From assembly GCA_051531975.1 (NCBI GenBank), contig JAOPTT010000012.1:32001-96000 (forward strand): a DNA stretch of 64,000 nt. Reading direction: 5' to 3'. Below, one piece after another: positions 29,893-39,786 of the stretch (its first letter is position 1; each line of letters opens with the position of its first letter). Source of the DNA: Spirochaetaceae bacterium (lineage in GTDB: Bacteria > Spirochaetota > Spirochaetia > DSM-2461). The position numbers were made by a program, and so were the translations under genes. Under the pieces are notes generated by a model. It had not been told where the DNA came from. It worked only from the letters and a program-made list of their open reading frames with translations, and did no database searches.

Positions 29893-30199
29893 TATCTTTT
29901 CCTTTATCTAAATTAACCTTTAATCCAAGAAGAGTAATATCATCCCTTTGAATATTACCTGCATGGTATTTATACAGAAAGTTCTCTAATTTAATTCTTT
30001 GTTCATTCCATTTAAAGTTAGAGTATCTAATACTGTTTTTTTATTTAGCCCAACCTAAACCAAAATCATTTCCACAACTACTTTTGTCTTAATATCCATC
30101 AGTTAATTGATGAAACAGAGTATCTTTAGTCCCTGATATTCCATGATTGATGTAATTATAGACCAATTTAGATCTTTTGTAACCAATACCTTCTTTGTA
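29885..30199 (-). pseudogene. Degenerate C-terminal fragment of a SpoIIE/PP2C phosphatase (SiaA-like)
   Basis: Minus frame reads EGIGYKRS...LTDGY*DK...FGLG..K*...EQRIKL..FL..YHAGNIQRDDITLLG, with two in-frame stops and no 5' part. Its stop overlaps the siaC start. Confidence 0.75.
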
Positions 30200-30298
30200 T
30201 TCTTATATACTTAATTAATATAATTTTAATATAAATTATCTGAGTGTCAATGATTTGAAATTATATTAAAAAAAAACTGGAAGAGTATAACTAATTGT

Positions 30299-30317
30299 AA
30301 TATTTTACTAAAATATT
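30299..30317. promoter_or_regulatory. Palindrome upstream of the LacI gene (probable autoregulatory operator)
   Basis: AATATTTTA-C-TAAAATATT. The TTTACT half-site recurs upstream of the beta-galactosidase gene. Confidence 0.55.
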
Positions 30318-30342
30318 GTATTATTTACTTTAAGAGGTAGCC

Positions 30343-31329
30343 ATGGCAACTATAAAAGATATAGCAGAACGTACTGCAGTTTCAATAACAACCGTATCTA
30401 GAGTTCTTAATTATGACAAATCACTGTCAATATCTAAAGACAAAAGACAGCTCATCTTAGAAGTAGCCGAAGAACTAGAGTATGAAACTCCTCGAAATAG
30501 AAAAAACAGTAGAAGTAAAAAGAAAAAAGGTAGTGTTACGACTATTGGAATTCTTCATTTCATCACATTGGAAGAGGAGTTAGAAGATCCATACTATATC
30601 GCTATTAGGTTAGGAATAGAAAAAACTTGTATGAAGAATAGTATACAGGTTATAAAATTCTATAATAGTGATAAAAGTATTACAGGACTAGATCTAGAGA
30701 GATTAGATGGTCTAATAGTTGTTGGAGAGTTTTTAAAAAAAGAAATGGATCTCATAAATCGCTGTAAAAATGTGGTTTTTATAGATTCTTACCCAGTTGG
30801 AGATAATTTAGATTCTGTAATTGTGGATTTGAAAGATACTGTTATAAAAATTATAGATTATTTGGTATCTCTTGGATTCAAAAATATTGGTTATATAGGT
30901 GGAATTGATAGTCGAAAGCTAGCTTTTACTAATTATATGACCACATTAGGTCTGTTTAACAGCTCACAGGTCTTTATTGATAGTTTTACTCCTGAAGGAG
31001 GGTATATAGCAATGCAAAGGGCAATAGATTGTGGAGATTTACCTGAAGTCTTTTTTGCTGGTAGTGACTCAGTTGCTATAGGTGTATTAAAAGCACTTTA
31101 TGAAGCTGGTCTTAGAGTACCGGATGACATATCTGTTATCGGGTTAAACGATATACCTACATCAAAATATAGTTCTCCTCCTTTAACAACATTCAAAATT
31201 TATTCAGAGTTTATGGGAGAGTGTGGTGTAGAACTATTATTAGAAAAATTTGCTGGTAGAATTATTGCAAAAAAACTAGTAATCCCTACTAAATTAGTTA
31301 CTCGAGACAGCTTAAGAGTAAAAAAGTAG
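30343..31329 (+). CDS. LacI family regulator (EbgR/GalR-like)
   Basis: MATIKDIA...VSITTVSRVLNYD HTH; EELEDPYYIAIRLGIE; VPDDISVIG. Confidence 0.93.
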   Translation: MATIKDIAERTAVSITTVSRVLNYDKSLSISKDKRQLILEVAEELEYETPRNRKNSRSKKKKGSVTTIGILHFITLEEELEDPYYIAIRLGIEKTCMKNSIQVIKFYNSDKSITGLDLERLDGLIVVGEFLKKEMDLINRCKNVVFIDSYPVGDNLDSVIVDLKDTVIKIIDYLVSLGFKNIGYIGGIDSRKLAFTNYMTTLGLFNSSQVFIDSFTPEGGYIAMQRAIDCGDLPEVFFAGSDSVAIGVLKALYEAGLRVPDDISVIGLNDIPTSKYSSPPLTTFKIYSEFMGECGVELLLEKFAGRIIAKKLVIPTKLVTRDSLRVKK

Positions 31330-31371
31330 TAAATTTACTACAAATATTTACTAAAAATTTGACATTTTACT
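31326..31371. promoter_or_regulatory. LacI-type operator region and promoter of the beta-galactosidase gene
   Basis: Perfect palindrome GTAGTAAATTTACTAC (31326-31341), plus further TTTACT half-sites flanking TTGACA (31359-31364). Confidence 0.7.
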
Positions 31372-31418
31372 GAAATAACTCTAATATAGCAAATCAATAC
31401 TAGTTTGTAGGAGTTTTT

Positions 31419-33641
31419 ATGCGAGAAGTAATACGATTAAATAATGAATGGCTATATAACCCAAAGTTTACAAAAGAGATGATAATAAACAGTAATACCA
31501 AAGATTTTGAATTAGTAAACCTTCCCCACGCAAACAGAGAGATCCCATACAACTATTTTGATGAAAATGATTATCAATTTATCTCATGTTATAAAAAGAC
31601 TTTTGATATTTTGGAACTGAATAAAGGCCAGACTATGGCTATCAGATTTGAAGGTGTTATGACAAAGGCTGAAGTATTTGTTAATGGGCAATATATTGGT
31701 GAACACTTAGGTGGCTATACTCCATTTGAATTTAATATAACTAGTTTTGTAACAGCTGATACTCAGAATGTTTTAACTGTGGTTGTGGACTCAAGAGAGC
31801 TGGAAAATATACCTCCATTTGGTGGCCAGATTGACTATTTAACTTATGGTGGTATTTACAGAGAAGTTGAATTAAGAATCTACGATCCTATATATATTCA
31901 GAATGCAAAGATTGAAACTTTAGATGTTTTAGAGTTAAAAAGTTCAGCCCTAGTAAAACTATATATAATGAATAATTCTGATATGAATACAGGGGTAATT
32001 ACTGTAACTTTAAAAGATAAAACAAAAGAGGTAACTGTTAACTTAGAGCAGGGATTAAATATAAAAGAAGTTTTAATTGAGGGTTTAGAAGGAATTAGAC
32101 TCTGGGATACAGAGAATCCAAATTTATATTCAGTAGGTATGTCTGTTAAAACTGATAATAGCTCTGATTATATTGAAGATAGAATAGGATTTAGAACCTG
32201 TGACTTCAGAACAGATGGATTCTACTTAAATGGTGAAAAACTACAGATCATTGGAGTTAATAGACATCAATCATTTCCATATGTTGGTTATGCCGCTCCT
32301 AAAAGGTCACAGATTAAAGATGCTGACATTATAAAAAACGAACTACACATGAATCTAGTTAGAACATCCCACTATCCACAATCTATTCATTTTTTAAATA
32401 GATGTGATGAGTTAGGTCTACTTGTATTTGAGGAGATACCTGGTTGGCAACATATCGGTGATAATAAATGGCAAGAAGTAGCAATTAATAATGTAAAAGA
32501 GATGATAGAGAGGGATTGGAACCACCCATCAGTAATTATATGGGGTGTTAGAATAAATGAATCTCCTGATAATGACTCATTTTATAGTAAAACAAACAAG
32601 ATGGCTAAAGATCTAGATACTACCAGACAAACTGGTGGAGTTAGATGTATACCTGATAGTAACTTAATTGAAGATGTATATACAATGAACGACTTCGATC
32701 TAAATAACCATAAAGAACATTTAAGAGGACAACAGACCGTAACTGGTTTAGATAAAAAAGTTCCATATTTAGTTACTGAGTATAATGGACATATGTTTCC
32801 AACAAAAAGATCTGATTCAGAAGATAGGCAGATTGAACACGTTAATAGACACTTAGGTGTACAAAATGCTGCATTTGCAGATCCTGATATTTCCGGTGCT
32901 ATTGGTTGGTGTATGTATGATTATAATACTCATAAAGATTTTGGTTCAGGTGACAGAATTTGTTATCACGGAATTATGGATATGTTTAGAATTCCAAAAA
33001 TTGCTGCAGATGTTTATAAGTCCCAGGTTGATCCAGCAGTTGAAGCTGTATTAAAACCAGTAACTTACTGGGCTCGAGGGGAGAGAAGTGTAGGGGGAAT
33101 TCTACCTTTAACTATTTTAACAAACTGCGACAGAGTAGAACTTACATATGGTAACCAAAAAACTTTTAATCTAACTAGAAATGGTAAAAACTATAACAGT
33201 CTACCTTATCCACCAATAGTTATTGATGAGACCATTGTTCCAACATCTGAAATAGGTGAATGGGGTATGAAGTGGGAAGATGGACTACTTAGAGGATTTG
33301 TTGGGGGAAAAATGGTTAAGGAAGTTAAACTTTGTAAAGATCCACTACCAACCAACATAGAAGTAATTTTAGATGATAAAGAACTAAATTCCGATGAGAA
33401 AGATTCAACAAGAGTAGTTGTTAAAGTTACAGACCAATATGGACAAATTTTACCATACTTTAATGAACCAGTTACAATTAAACTTACTGGTCCTGCTAGA
33501 CTATTAGGCCCAAGTGTAACTACATTAAAAGGTGGTGTATTAGGTTTTTGGGTAGAGACTAAGAATCTTATTGGTATAATTAGTATTAATATTTCTTGTT
33601 TAGATTTACCCACTCAGAATGTAAATATTGAAGTAATGTAA
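31419..33641 (+). CDS. Glycoside hydrolase family 2 beta-galactosidase
   Basis: Motifs GVNRHQ, RTSHYPQ, NHPSVIIWGVRINES (acid/base) and VTEYNGH (nucleophile). Confidence 0.93.
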   Translation: MREVIRLNNEWLYNPKFTKEMIINSNTKDFELVNLPHANREIPYNYFDENDYQFISCYKKTFDILELNKGQTMAIRFEGVMTKAEVFVNGQYIGEHLGGYTPFEFNITSFVTADTQNVLTVVVDSRELENIPPFGGQIDYLTYGGIYREVELRIYDPIYIQNAKIETLDVLELKSSALVKLYIMNNSDMNTGVITVTLKDKTKEVTVNLEQGLNIKEVLIEGLEGIRLWDTENPNLYSVGMSVKTDNSSDYIEDRIGFRTCDFRTDGFYLNGEKLQIIGVNRHQSFPYVGYAAPKRSQIKDADIIKNELHMNLVRTSHYPQSIHFLNRCDELGLLVFEEIPGWQHIGDNKWQEVAINNVKEMIERDWNHPSVIIWGVRINESPDNDSFYSKTNKMAKDLDTTRQTGGVRCIPDSNLIEDVYTMNDFDLNNHKEHLRGQQTVTGLDKKVPYLVTEYNGHMFPTKRSDSEDRQIEHVNRHLGVQNAAFADPDISGAIGWCMYDYNTHKDFGSGDRICYHGIMDMFRIPKIAADVYKSQVDPAVEAVLKPVTYWARGERSVGGILPLTILTNCDRVELTYGNQKTFNLTRNGKNYNSLPYPPIVIDETIVPTSEIGEWGMKWEDGLLRGFVGGKMVKEVKLCKDPLPTNIEVILDDKELNSDEKDSTRVVVKVTDQYGQILPYFNEPVTIKLTGPARLLGPSVTTLKGGVLGFWVETKNLIGIISINISCLDLPTQNVNIEVM

Positions 33642-33693
33642 TAATTTTATTTTATTAAAGAATTATTTTATTTATAGTATATAATATTAAGTA

Positions 33694-36600
33694 ATGAAAA
33701 AGAAAAAACAATTGGGTATATCTCTTTCAACTATGCATTTAATTTTGACTTTGTCTCTATTGCTTATTGTATCGACAGTGATAGGACTATTATGGGTAAG
33801 AGATAAAAACAGACAATTTGAACAAGATATTATATATATTAGACAATCTTATATTGATGAGAAACAAGAGAAAATTAAAACTCAAGTTGATAATGCAGTT
33901 CAGTATATCGATTATCAGAAGACATTAATAGAAAGTAGATTAGAACGTGAACTAGTTGATAAAATTAACGAAGCCACTGACATTGCCCTAGGTTTATATA
34001 ATACTTTTAATGAGAAGCTTTCAGAAGTAATAATAAAAGAACTAATTATGGAAGCTCTAAGAACCTTAATATTTTTTGATGGAAGGGGTTATATTTATGT
34101 ATTTGAGATGGATGGTACCTCTGTTATGCACGGTGCAAAACCGGAAGTTGAAGGGACTAAAGCAATATATAATTTTAAAGATGTTGCAGGTAACTATCCA
34201 TTAAGAGATATTATTAAAAATTTAAAAGAAGGTGGAAATGGTTTTGTAAATTTTTACTTTTTTAGACCTAATAGCAGTGAACAAGAACCAAAACTTTCAT
34301 ATAACAAAATATTTAAACCATATAATTGGGTAATTGGTACTGGAGAATATAAGAGAGAGGTTGAAAGGGAAGTTCAGGAAGAGACTATTCGTAGACTTGA
34401 AGAAATACGTTACGATGAAGGTGGTTATCTCTTTATAAATAGTTCAGAAGGTATTTCTATTTCTCATCCTATATCTCCTAATTTAGAAGGCACTGATATT
34501 ACTTCTGTTGTTGATCCTACGGGTAAGAGTGTTTTTTCATCCTTATTAAGATCTTCAAAAAGTAATTCTCCGATATTTGTCGATTATATTTGGAGCTTAC
34601 CAGAAACCGGTAAAGATGAGCCTAAAACATCATATGCTAGATATATAGAAGAGTGGGATTGGGTTATTGGTTCTGGTCTATATATGCATAAAATTGACAG
34701 TATTGTTAATCAAAAAAGGGATGAATTACAAGACGAAATTAGAGAAAGTTTATATAGTATATTGCTTATAATATTATTCTCTTTATTTATAGGATTTCTG
34801 ATAATTAGATTTTATAACAATCATATTAATAAAAGTTTCGCCATTTTTTCTGATTTTTTTGATAAAGCAAGTAACGATTTTATAGAAATAGATTATGATA
34901 TTGTAAATTATAAAGAGTTTCAAAAACTGTCTATATTAGCTAATAATATGTTGATTTCAAGATTAGATGTATTAAATAAGTTAAAACAAAGTGAATCATT
35001 TTTTCAATCAATTATTGATTCTTCTCCAATTATATTTTTTGTCAAAGATGATAAAGGAAAATATATACAAGTTAATAAAGCCTATGAAAAATCTGCCGGA
35101 AGAGAAGTTAAAGATATCATAGGGTTTACTGATTCAGAGCTATACCCTATTGATAAGTATAAAAAATGGCAGGATATGGAAAGATTAACAAGGGAGTCTG
35201 GAAAAGAGATAAAATTTGAACTTACAGTTCCAAACCCTGATAAAGAGAGAACATTTATACAATTTTATAATTTAGTCGAAAACAAAGTAGAAGATAGAAT
35301 CGATACTGTTGGTTGGGCGATAGATGTCACCGATATGAAAGATACTGAGTTTATGTTAGAGCAAAGAGAAATAAGACTTAATGCTCTAGTATCAGCACTT
35401 CCTGATATGACATTTTTAAAAGATGAAAGCGGAGTATATTTAGAAGCCTTTTTAAGAGAAGATCAAATTAAAAAATCTGGAACTTTAGAAGGTCGTGGAA
35501 ATGTTATAGATCTTGTTGGAAAAAGTGTATACGACTTTTTTGATAAAAAGATTGCCGATAGATTTATTAATGCGATACAAGAATCAATAGAAAAAAATAA
35601 AATTGTTACCCTTGAGTACGAGCTTAGATCAACAATTGGACTACGCAGTTATGAAGCAAGAATTGCACCAACAGTTATCGACAGTGGAAAAAAGGCTGTT
35701 ATATGGTCTGCTAGAGATATAACGGAAATAAAGCAAATGACCGAAGAATTAGCTAGAGCGAAAGAAGAAGCAGAAGCTGCAACAAAAGCTAAAGGTGATT
35801 TTTTGGCAAATATGAGTCATGAAATTAGAACACCTATGAATGCTATAATTGGTCTGAATCATCTGTTATCTCGAACCGAGTTAAATGACAATCAGACTGA
35901 TTATGTTGAGAAAGTCACATCTTCAGCAAAAAGTCTTTTAGGAATCATTAATGATATTTTAGACTTCTCTAAAATTGAAGCTGGTAAAATGGATATCGAA
36001 AACATTGAGTTTGATATTAATGAAGTATTAGATAATTTAATAAATATGGTTGGTGATAAAGTTCAAGGAAAAGGATTAGAATTAATAATTGATATTGATA
36101 AAAGTGTCCCAGAAATTATAACTGGAGATCCATTAAGAATTAGTCAAATATTACTAAACTTTGTAAGTAACGCTATAAAATTTACAGAATCTGGTGAGAT
36201 TAAAATTAGATGTACATTAGATACCGATGACTCTTCTATTGTAAAGTTTTCTGTACAAGATAGTGGAATTGGACTTTCAAAAGATCAACAAAACAGACTT
36301 TTTAAAGCATTTTCTCAAGCAGATACATCCACTACACGTAAATTTGGAGGTACTGGATTAGGTTTATCAATTTCTAAACATCTAGCAGAACTTATGGGCG
36401 GCAGGGTCTCAGTAATGGGAGAAATTAATGTAGGTAGTACATTTATATTTACAATAAAAACAACCATAGTTGAAGATAATAGCAGTATGAAATTTGATAT
36501 CCCTGATCAGATAAAAAATCTTAATGTAATTATCGTTGATGATAGTGATACTGTAAGAGTTGTTATTTCAGAGTTGGTTTTAGGTTTTGATTATAGAATA

Positions 36601-37977
36601 ACTGCAGTTTCAAATGGTAAAGAGGCTCTTTTAAAACTTAATGAACATAAAGATTCAGATCCCTATGATCTAGTTTTAACAGATTATTTAATGCCAGATC
36701 TTAATGGAATAGAGTTGGCTTCAGAAGTAAAAAAGTTGCTTCTTGAAAACAGACCGCCTGTAATACTGTTTTCCGCATACAATATAGAACAAATACAAAA
36801 TGAATTTGATTTAACTTTTGTCGATCACGTTTTACAAAAACCACTTCGTAAGTATCTACTCTACAATGCAATATTAAGTGTCTTTCATATTTCTAATAGC
36901 GATAAAAGGATAGCCGTTTCTAGTAGTAGACAAGATAATAACTTTTTAGATTCTATACGTGGTGCATCAATTTTATTAGTTGAAGATAATGAAATAAACC
37001 AGCAAGTTGCTTCTGAACTTTTGCAGACTGAAGGGTTTTATGTTGATGTTGCAGAGAATGGTCAAGTTGGGTGTGATAAAGTTAACCAGAAAGAATATGA
37101 TATTGTATTAATGGATTTACAAATGCCTGTTATGGGTGGACTTGATGCCACTGAAATTATTAGGAAAGATTATGATAAAGATACTCTCCCAATTATTGCA
37201 ATGACAGCAGATGCAATGTCTGGTGTAGAAGAGAGAGTAAAAGTTGTTGGAATGAATGATTATGTTACTAAGCCGATTGATTTAGATAAACTATGGAGAG
37301 TTCTTGGTAAATGGGTAAAACCAAAACGTAGAGATCTACCATCAAATTATTATAAGAGAGTTGAAAATGAAAACAAAGACAGTGAAAAAACTATTCCAGA
37401 ACTTAAAAATATAGATACCACTGTTGGTCTGAGTAGAGTTGGTGGTAACAGTGTTCTTTATCTTAGATTATTAGGTACGTTCCGAGATGAGTATAATTCT
37501 TATACTGCAAACATTAAGTCCGCTATAAAAAGATCCGATTCAATATTAGCTCAGAGGTTAGCCCATACTATTAAAGGTGTTGCTGGTAATATAGGGGCTA
37601 CTTTAATGGAAATTGAAGCATTAAAAGTTGAAACAGCTATTAAAAACAGCGAAGATATTTCAGATTCATTAGACGATTTTGATACAGCTCTCACGTCTGT
37701 AATTACTGAACTTCATAGTAAATTAGTTAAAGAAACAAAAGTTGATAATTTAGATAAAAAGGTAATAGATATCATAGAATTAAAAAAGTTATGTTTAGAG
37801 TTCAAAGTACTGTTAGAAAATAAAAAACCTAAACCAATAAATAACTTATTAGAAACAATAAAAAGCTATGAATTAGGCGATTTGGAAGATAACTTTAACT
37901 TGATATCGGCAAGCTTAAAAAAATATAATTTTAAAGGTGCCCTGAAAAACTTAGAAACTATCTTAGAAAATCTTTAA
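33694..37977 (+). CDS. Membrane hybrid histidine kinase (Cache x2, PAS x2, HisKA, HATPase, REC x2, HPt)
   Basis: Motifs FLANMSHEIRTPMN, TTRKFGGTGLGL, DYLMP, DLQMP and AHTIKGVAGN. Confidence 0.95.
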   Translation: MKKKKQLGISLSTMHLILTLSLLLIVSTVIGLLWVRDKNRQFEQDIIYIRQSYIDEKQEKIKTQVDNAVQYIDYQKTLIESRLERELVDKINEATDIALGLYNTFNEKLSEVIIKELIMEALRTLIFFDGRGYIYVFEMDGTSVMHGAKPEVEGTKAIYNFKDVAGNYPLRDIIKNLKEGGNGFVNFYFFRPNSSEQEPKLSYNKIFKPYNWVIGTGEYKREVEREVQEETIRRLEEIRYDEGGYLFINSSEGISISHPISPNLEGTDITSVVDPTGKSVFSSLLRSSKSNSPIFVDYIWSLPETGKDEPKTSYARYIEEWDWVIGSGLYMHKIDSIVNQKRDELQDEIRESLYSILLIILFSLFIGFLIIRFYNNHINKSFAIFSDFFDKASNDFIEIDYDIVNYKEFQKLSILANNMLISRLDVLNKLKQSESFFQSIIDSSPIIFFVKDDKGKYIQVNKAYEKSAGREVKDIIGFTDSELYPIDKYKKWQDMERLTRESGKEIKFELTVPNPDKERTFIQFYNLVENKVEDRIDTVGWAIDVTDMKDTEFMLEQREIRLNALVSALPDMTFLKDESGVYLEAFLREDQIKKSGTLEGRGNVIDLVGKSVYDFFDKKIADRFINAIQESIEKNKIVTLEYELRSTIGLRSYEARIAPTVIDSGKKAVIWSARDITEIKQMTEELARAKEEAEAATKAKGDFLANMSHEIRTPMNAIIGLNHLLSRTELNDNQTDYVEKVTSSAKSLLGIINDILDFSKIEAGKMDIENIEFDINEVLDNLINMVGDKVQGKGLELIIDIDKSVPEIITGDPLRISQILLNFVSNAIKFTESGEIKIRCTLDTDDSSIVKFSVQDSGIGLSKDQQNRLFKAFSQADTSTTRKFGGTGLGLSISKHLAELMGGRVSVMGEINVGSTFIFTIKTTIVEDNSSMKFDIPDQIKNLNVIIVDDSDTVRVVISELVLGFDYRITAVSNGKEALLKLNEHKDSDPYDLVLTDYLMPDLNGIELASEVKKLLLENRPPVILFSAYNIEQIQNEFDLTFVDHVLQKPLRKYLLYNAILSVFHISNSDKRIAVSSSRQDNNFLDSIRGASILLVEDNEINQQVASELLQTEGFYVDVAENGQVGCDKVNQKEYDIVLMDLQMPVMGGLDATEIIRKDYDKDTLPIIAMTADAMSGVEERVKVVGMNDYVTKPIDLDKLWRVLGKWVKPKRRDLPSNYYKRVENENKDSEKTIPELKNIDTTVGLSRVGGNSVLYLRLLGTFRDEYNSYTANIKSAIKRSDSILAQRLAHTIKGVAGNIGATLMEIEALKVETAIKNSEDISDSLDDFDTALTSVITELHSKLVKETKVDNLDKKVIDIIELKKLCLEFKVLLENKKPKPINNLLETIKSYELGDLEDNFNLISASLKKYNFKGALKNLETILENL

Positions 37978-38653
37978 ATAGCCTAACTATTTGAATGTGT
38001 TGCTGTTCTCTTGTTATTTTTGGTATTTTGTCACCTTGTTGTTCTCCATATGAACCAAATTGTGCGTGATTTCCACCATCAATAATTTCAAATATTGTAG
38101 CTACAGGTAAATTATCTGCTGATTCCACTATTTTATCTTTTGTTACTAATCCATCTTCAGAAGCATTTATAGAAAGAACATTTATATCTATATCATTTAT
38201 TGGCTTTTTGTCCATTGGGTAAGATGCCATTAAAATTAAGTTATTAAATATTTTAGGGTTTTCAAATACAAAAGATGATGCAATAACTCCTCCTAATGAG
38301 TGTCCACCAATACTCCATCTGTCTATATAATTATATTTCTTTAATATCTTATATGCTCTGTTTTGGCCCATTATAGCTAAATTAAATGGCATTTTGGATA
38401 TAAACACAGCGATGTTTAGTTCTTTAGAAATCCGTACCAATAATGGAAGGTAAGCTTCAGGATCTACCAAGCCACCAGGGTAAAAAATAAAAGCTTCACT
38501 CATATCATAACACTTTGGAATTATTGAATAAAATGAGCCTTCTTTTTTTATAATAATTTCTTTTGATAAACTGTTTTCATTAAAATCTGGTCTAGATGAA
38601 CAGCCAAATAGAATAATAGTCATAAGTATAAAATTAATATATTTTTTAATCAT
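37958..38653 (-). CDS. Alpha/beta hydrolase lipoprotein (Abhydrolase_5-like)
   Basis: Lipobox LFGC; motifs FYPGGLV, GGHSLGG and GGNHAQFGSYG. Confidence 0.9.
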   Translation of the reverse strand: MIKKYINFILMTIILFGCSSRPDFNENSLSKEIIIKKEGSFYSIIPKCYDMSEAFIFYPGGLVDPEAYLPLLVRISKELNIAVFISKMPFNLAIMGQNRAYKILKKYNYIDRWSIGGHSLGGVIASSFVFENPKIFNNLILMASYPMDKKPINDIDINVLSINASEDGLVTKDKIVESADNLPVATIFEIIDGGNHAQFGSYGEQQGDKIPKITREQQHIQIVRLFKDFLR

Positions 38654-38670
38654 TTAGTATTATATAAAAT

Positions 38671-38713
38671 ATCCCCTATATAAAATAGATAGTCTCCTAT
38701 AAAAATAGGGGAT
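38671..38713 (-). terminator. Hairpin after flavodoxin
   Basis: ATCCCCTAT...ATAGGGGAT, with an alternative inner stem CCTAT-AAAA-ATAGG. Confidence 0.45.
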
Positions 38714-38719
38714 TAAATA

Positions 38720-39214
38720 TCATAGTTCTTCAACTAATTGAACGACCCAATCTTTAACTCTCTGATCAGTTTTATTTGCCTGATTTTCATCATCTAATAC
38801 TAAACCAACAAATTGATTACCTCTCGCAGACTCTGATTTATTAAAAATATAACCATCTGTAGATGTTCGACCAATGAGCTTTGCGCCACCATTCTCTGCC
38901 GCATTGTATAGATAATTTAAACTACCAGCAAATGAGTCTGGATAACTCTCTTGGTCTCCTGTTCCAAATATTGCAACAGTTTTTCCAGCAAGATTTAGTT
39001 CTGATAATGCTCCAATTTTATCTTCCCATTCATCTTGTAAATCTCCATGTCCTGCAGTTGATGTTCCTAATATTAATAACTCATAGTCTTTAATATCTGA
39101 TACGTTAACGTCACAAACATCCATTAAATCTGCCTCTTTAAAGCTATGTGCTATAACTTCAGCACTCTCTTTAGCATTCCCTGTAGTTGATCCATATATA
39201 ATTATAGTTTTCAC
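38720..39214 (-). CDS. fldA: Long-chain flavodoxin
   Basis: FMN loop YGSTTGN; GTSTAGHGDLQ; FGTGDQESY; FVGLVLD. GTG start after AAGGAG. Confidence 0.9.
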   Translation of the reverse strand: MKTIIIYGSTTGNAKESAEVIAHSFKEADLMDVCDVNVSDIKDYELLILGTSTAGHGDLQDEWEDKIGALSELNLAGKTVAIFGTGDQESYPDSFAGSLNYLYNAAENGGAKLIGRTSTDGYIFNKSESARGNQFVGLVLDDENQANKTDQRVKDWVVQLVEEL

Positions 39215-39228
39215 AACAAACTCCTTAT

Positions 39229-39270
39229 TAGTAATAATTACTATTATAACCTGGGATATTCATAAGTCAA
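39229..39270 (-). promoter_or_regulatory. Flavodoxin promoter with Fur-like 7-1-7 box
   Basis: TTGACT-16-TATAAT on the minus strand; palindrome TAGTAAT-A-ATTACTA (39229-39243) abuts the -10 element. Confidence 0.6.
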
Positions 39271-39323
39271 TAAGATATTAGCAAAAAAGAAAATATAGTG
39301 TTATTATTTCTTAGGAGTTAGTA

Positions 39324-39785
39324 ATGGATAATATATTAATTAAAGAATTATATGAACAAGAAGAACTATTACAATTTAAATCTTTTGGATCTATTGATGC
39401 ATGGGAAATAGGGCAGATGTTAGTTAAAAAAGGTTCTAAAGGTAATAATATAACAATAGATATTACAAAAAATAGACAGCAACTATTTCACTATAGTTTT
39501 GATAAAACTTCAGCAGACAATGATATGTGGGTAAGAAGAAAAACTAATGTAGTATATCGTTTTTCACATAGTTCATTTTTAGTAGGCCAGGAGTTAAAAC
39601 TTAAAAACAAAACAATAGAAGAAGCATATCTTATTCCAGAGTCAGAGTTTGGTGCTCATGGGGGTTGTTTTCCAATTATTATAAAGGATACAGGAGTCAT
39701 AGGCACAATAACTGTATCTGGTTTGGCACAAGCAGAAGATCATCAGTTAGTAGTTGATGTATTAAAAGAATATTTAGGAGTCTAA
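39324..39785 (+). CDS. Heme-degrading-domain protein (UPF0303/DUF336-like)
   Basis: Motifs QEELLQF, DNDMWVRRKTN, AHGGCFPI and VSGLAQAEDH. Confidence 0.85.
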   Translation: MDNILIKELYEQEELLQFKSFGSIDAWEIGQMLVKKGSKGNNITIDITKNRQQLFHYSFDKTSADNDMWVRRKTNVVYRFSHSSFLVGQELKLKNKTIEEAYLIPESEFGAHGGCFPIIIKDTGVIGTITVSGLAQAEDHQLVVDVLKEYLGV

Positions 39786-39786
39786 T

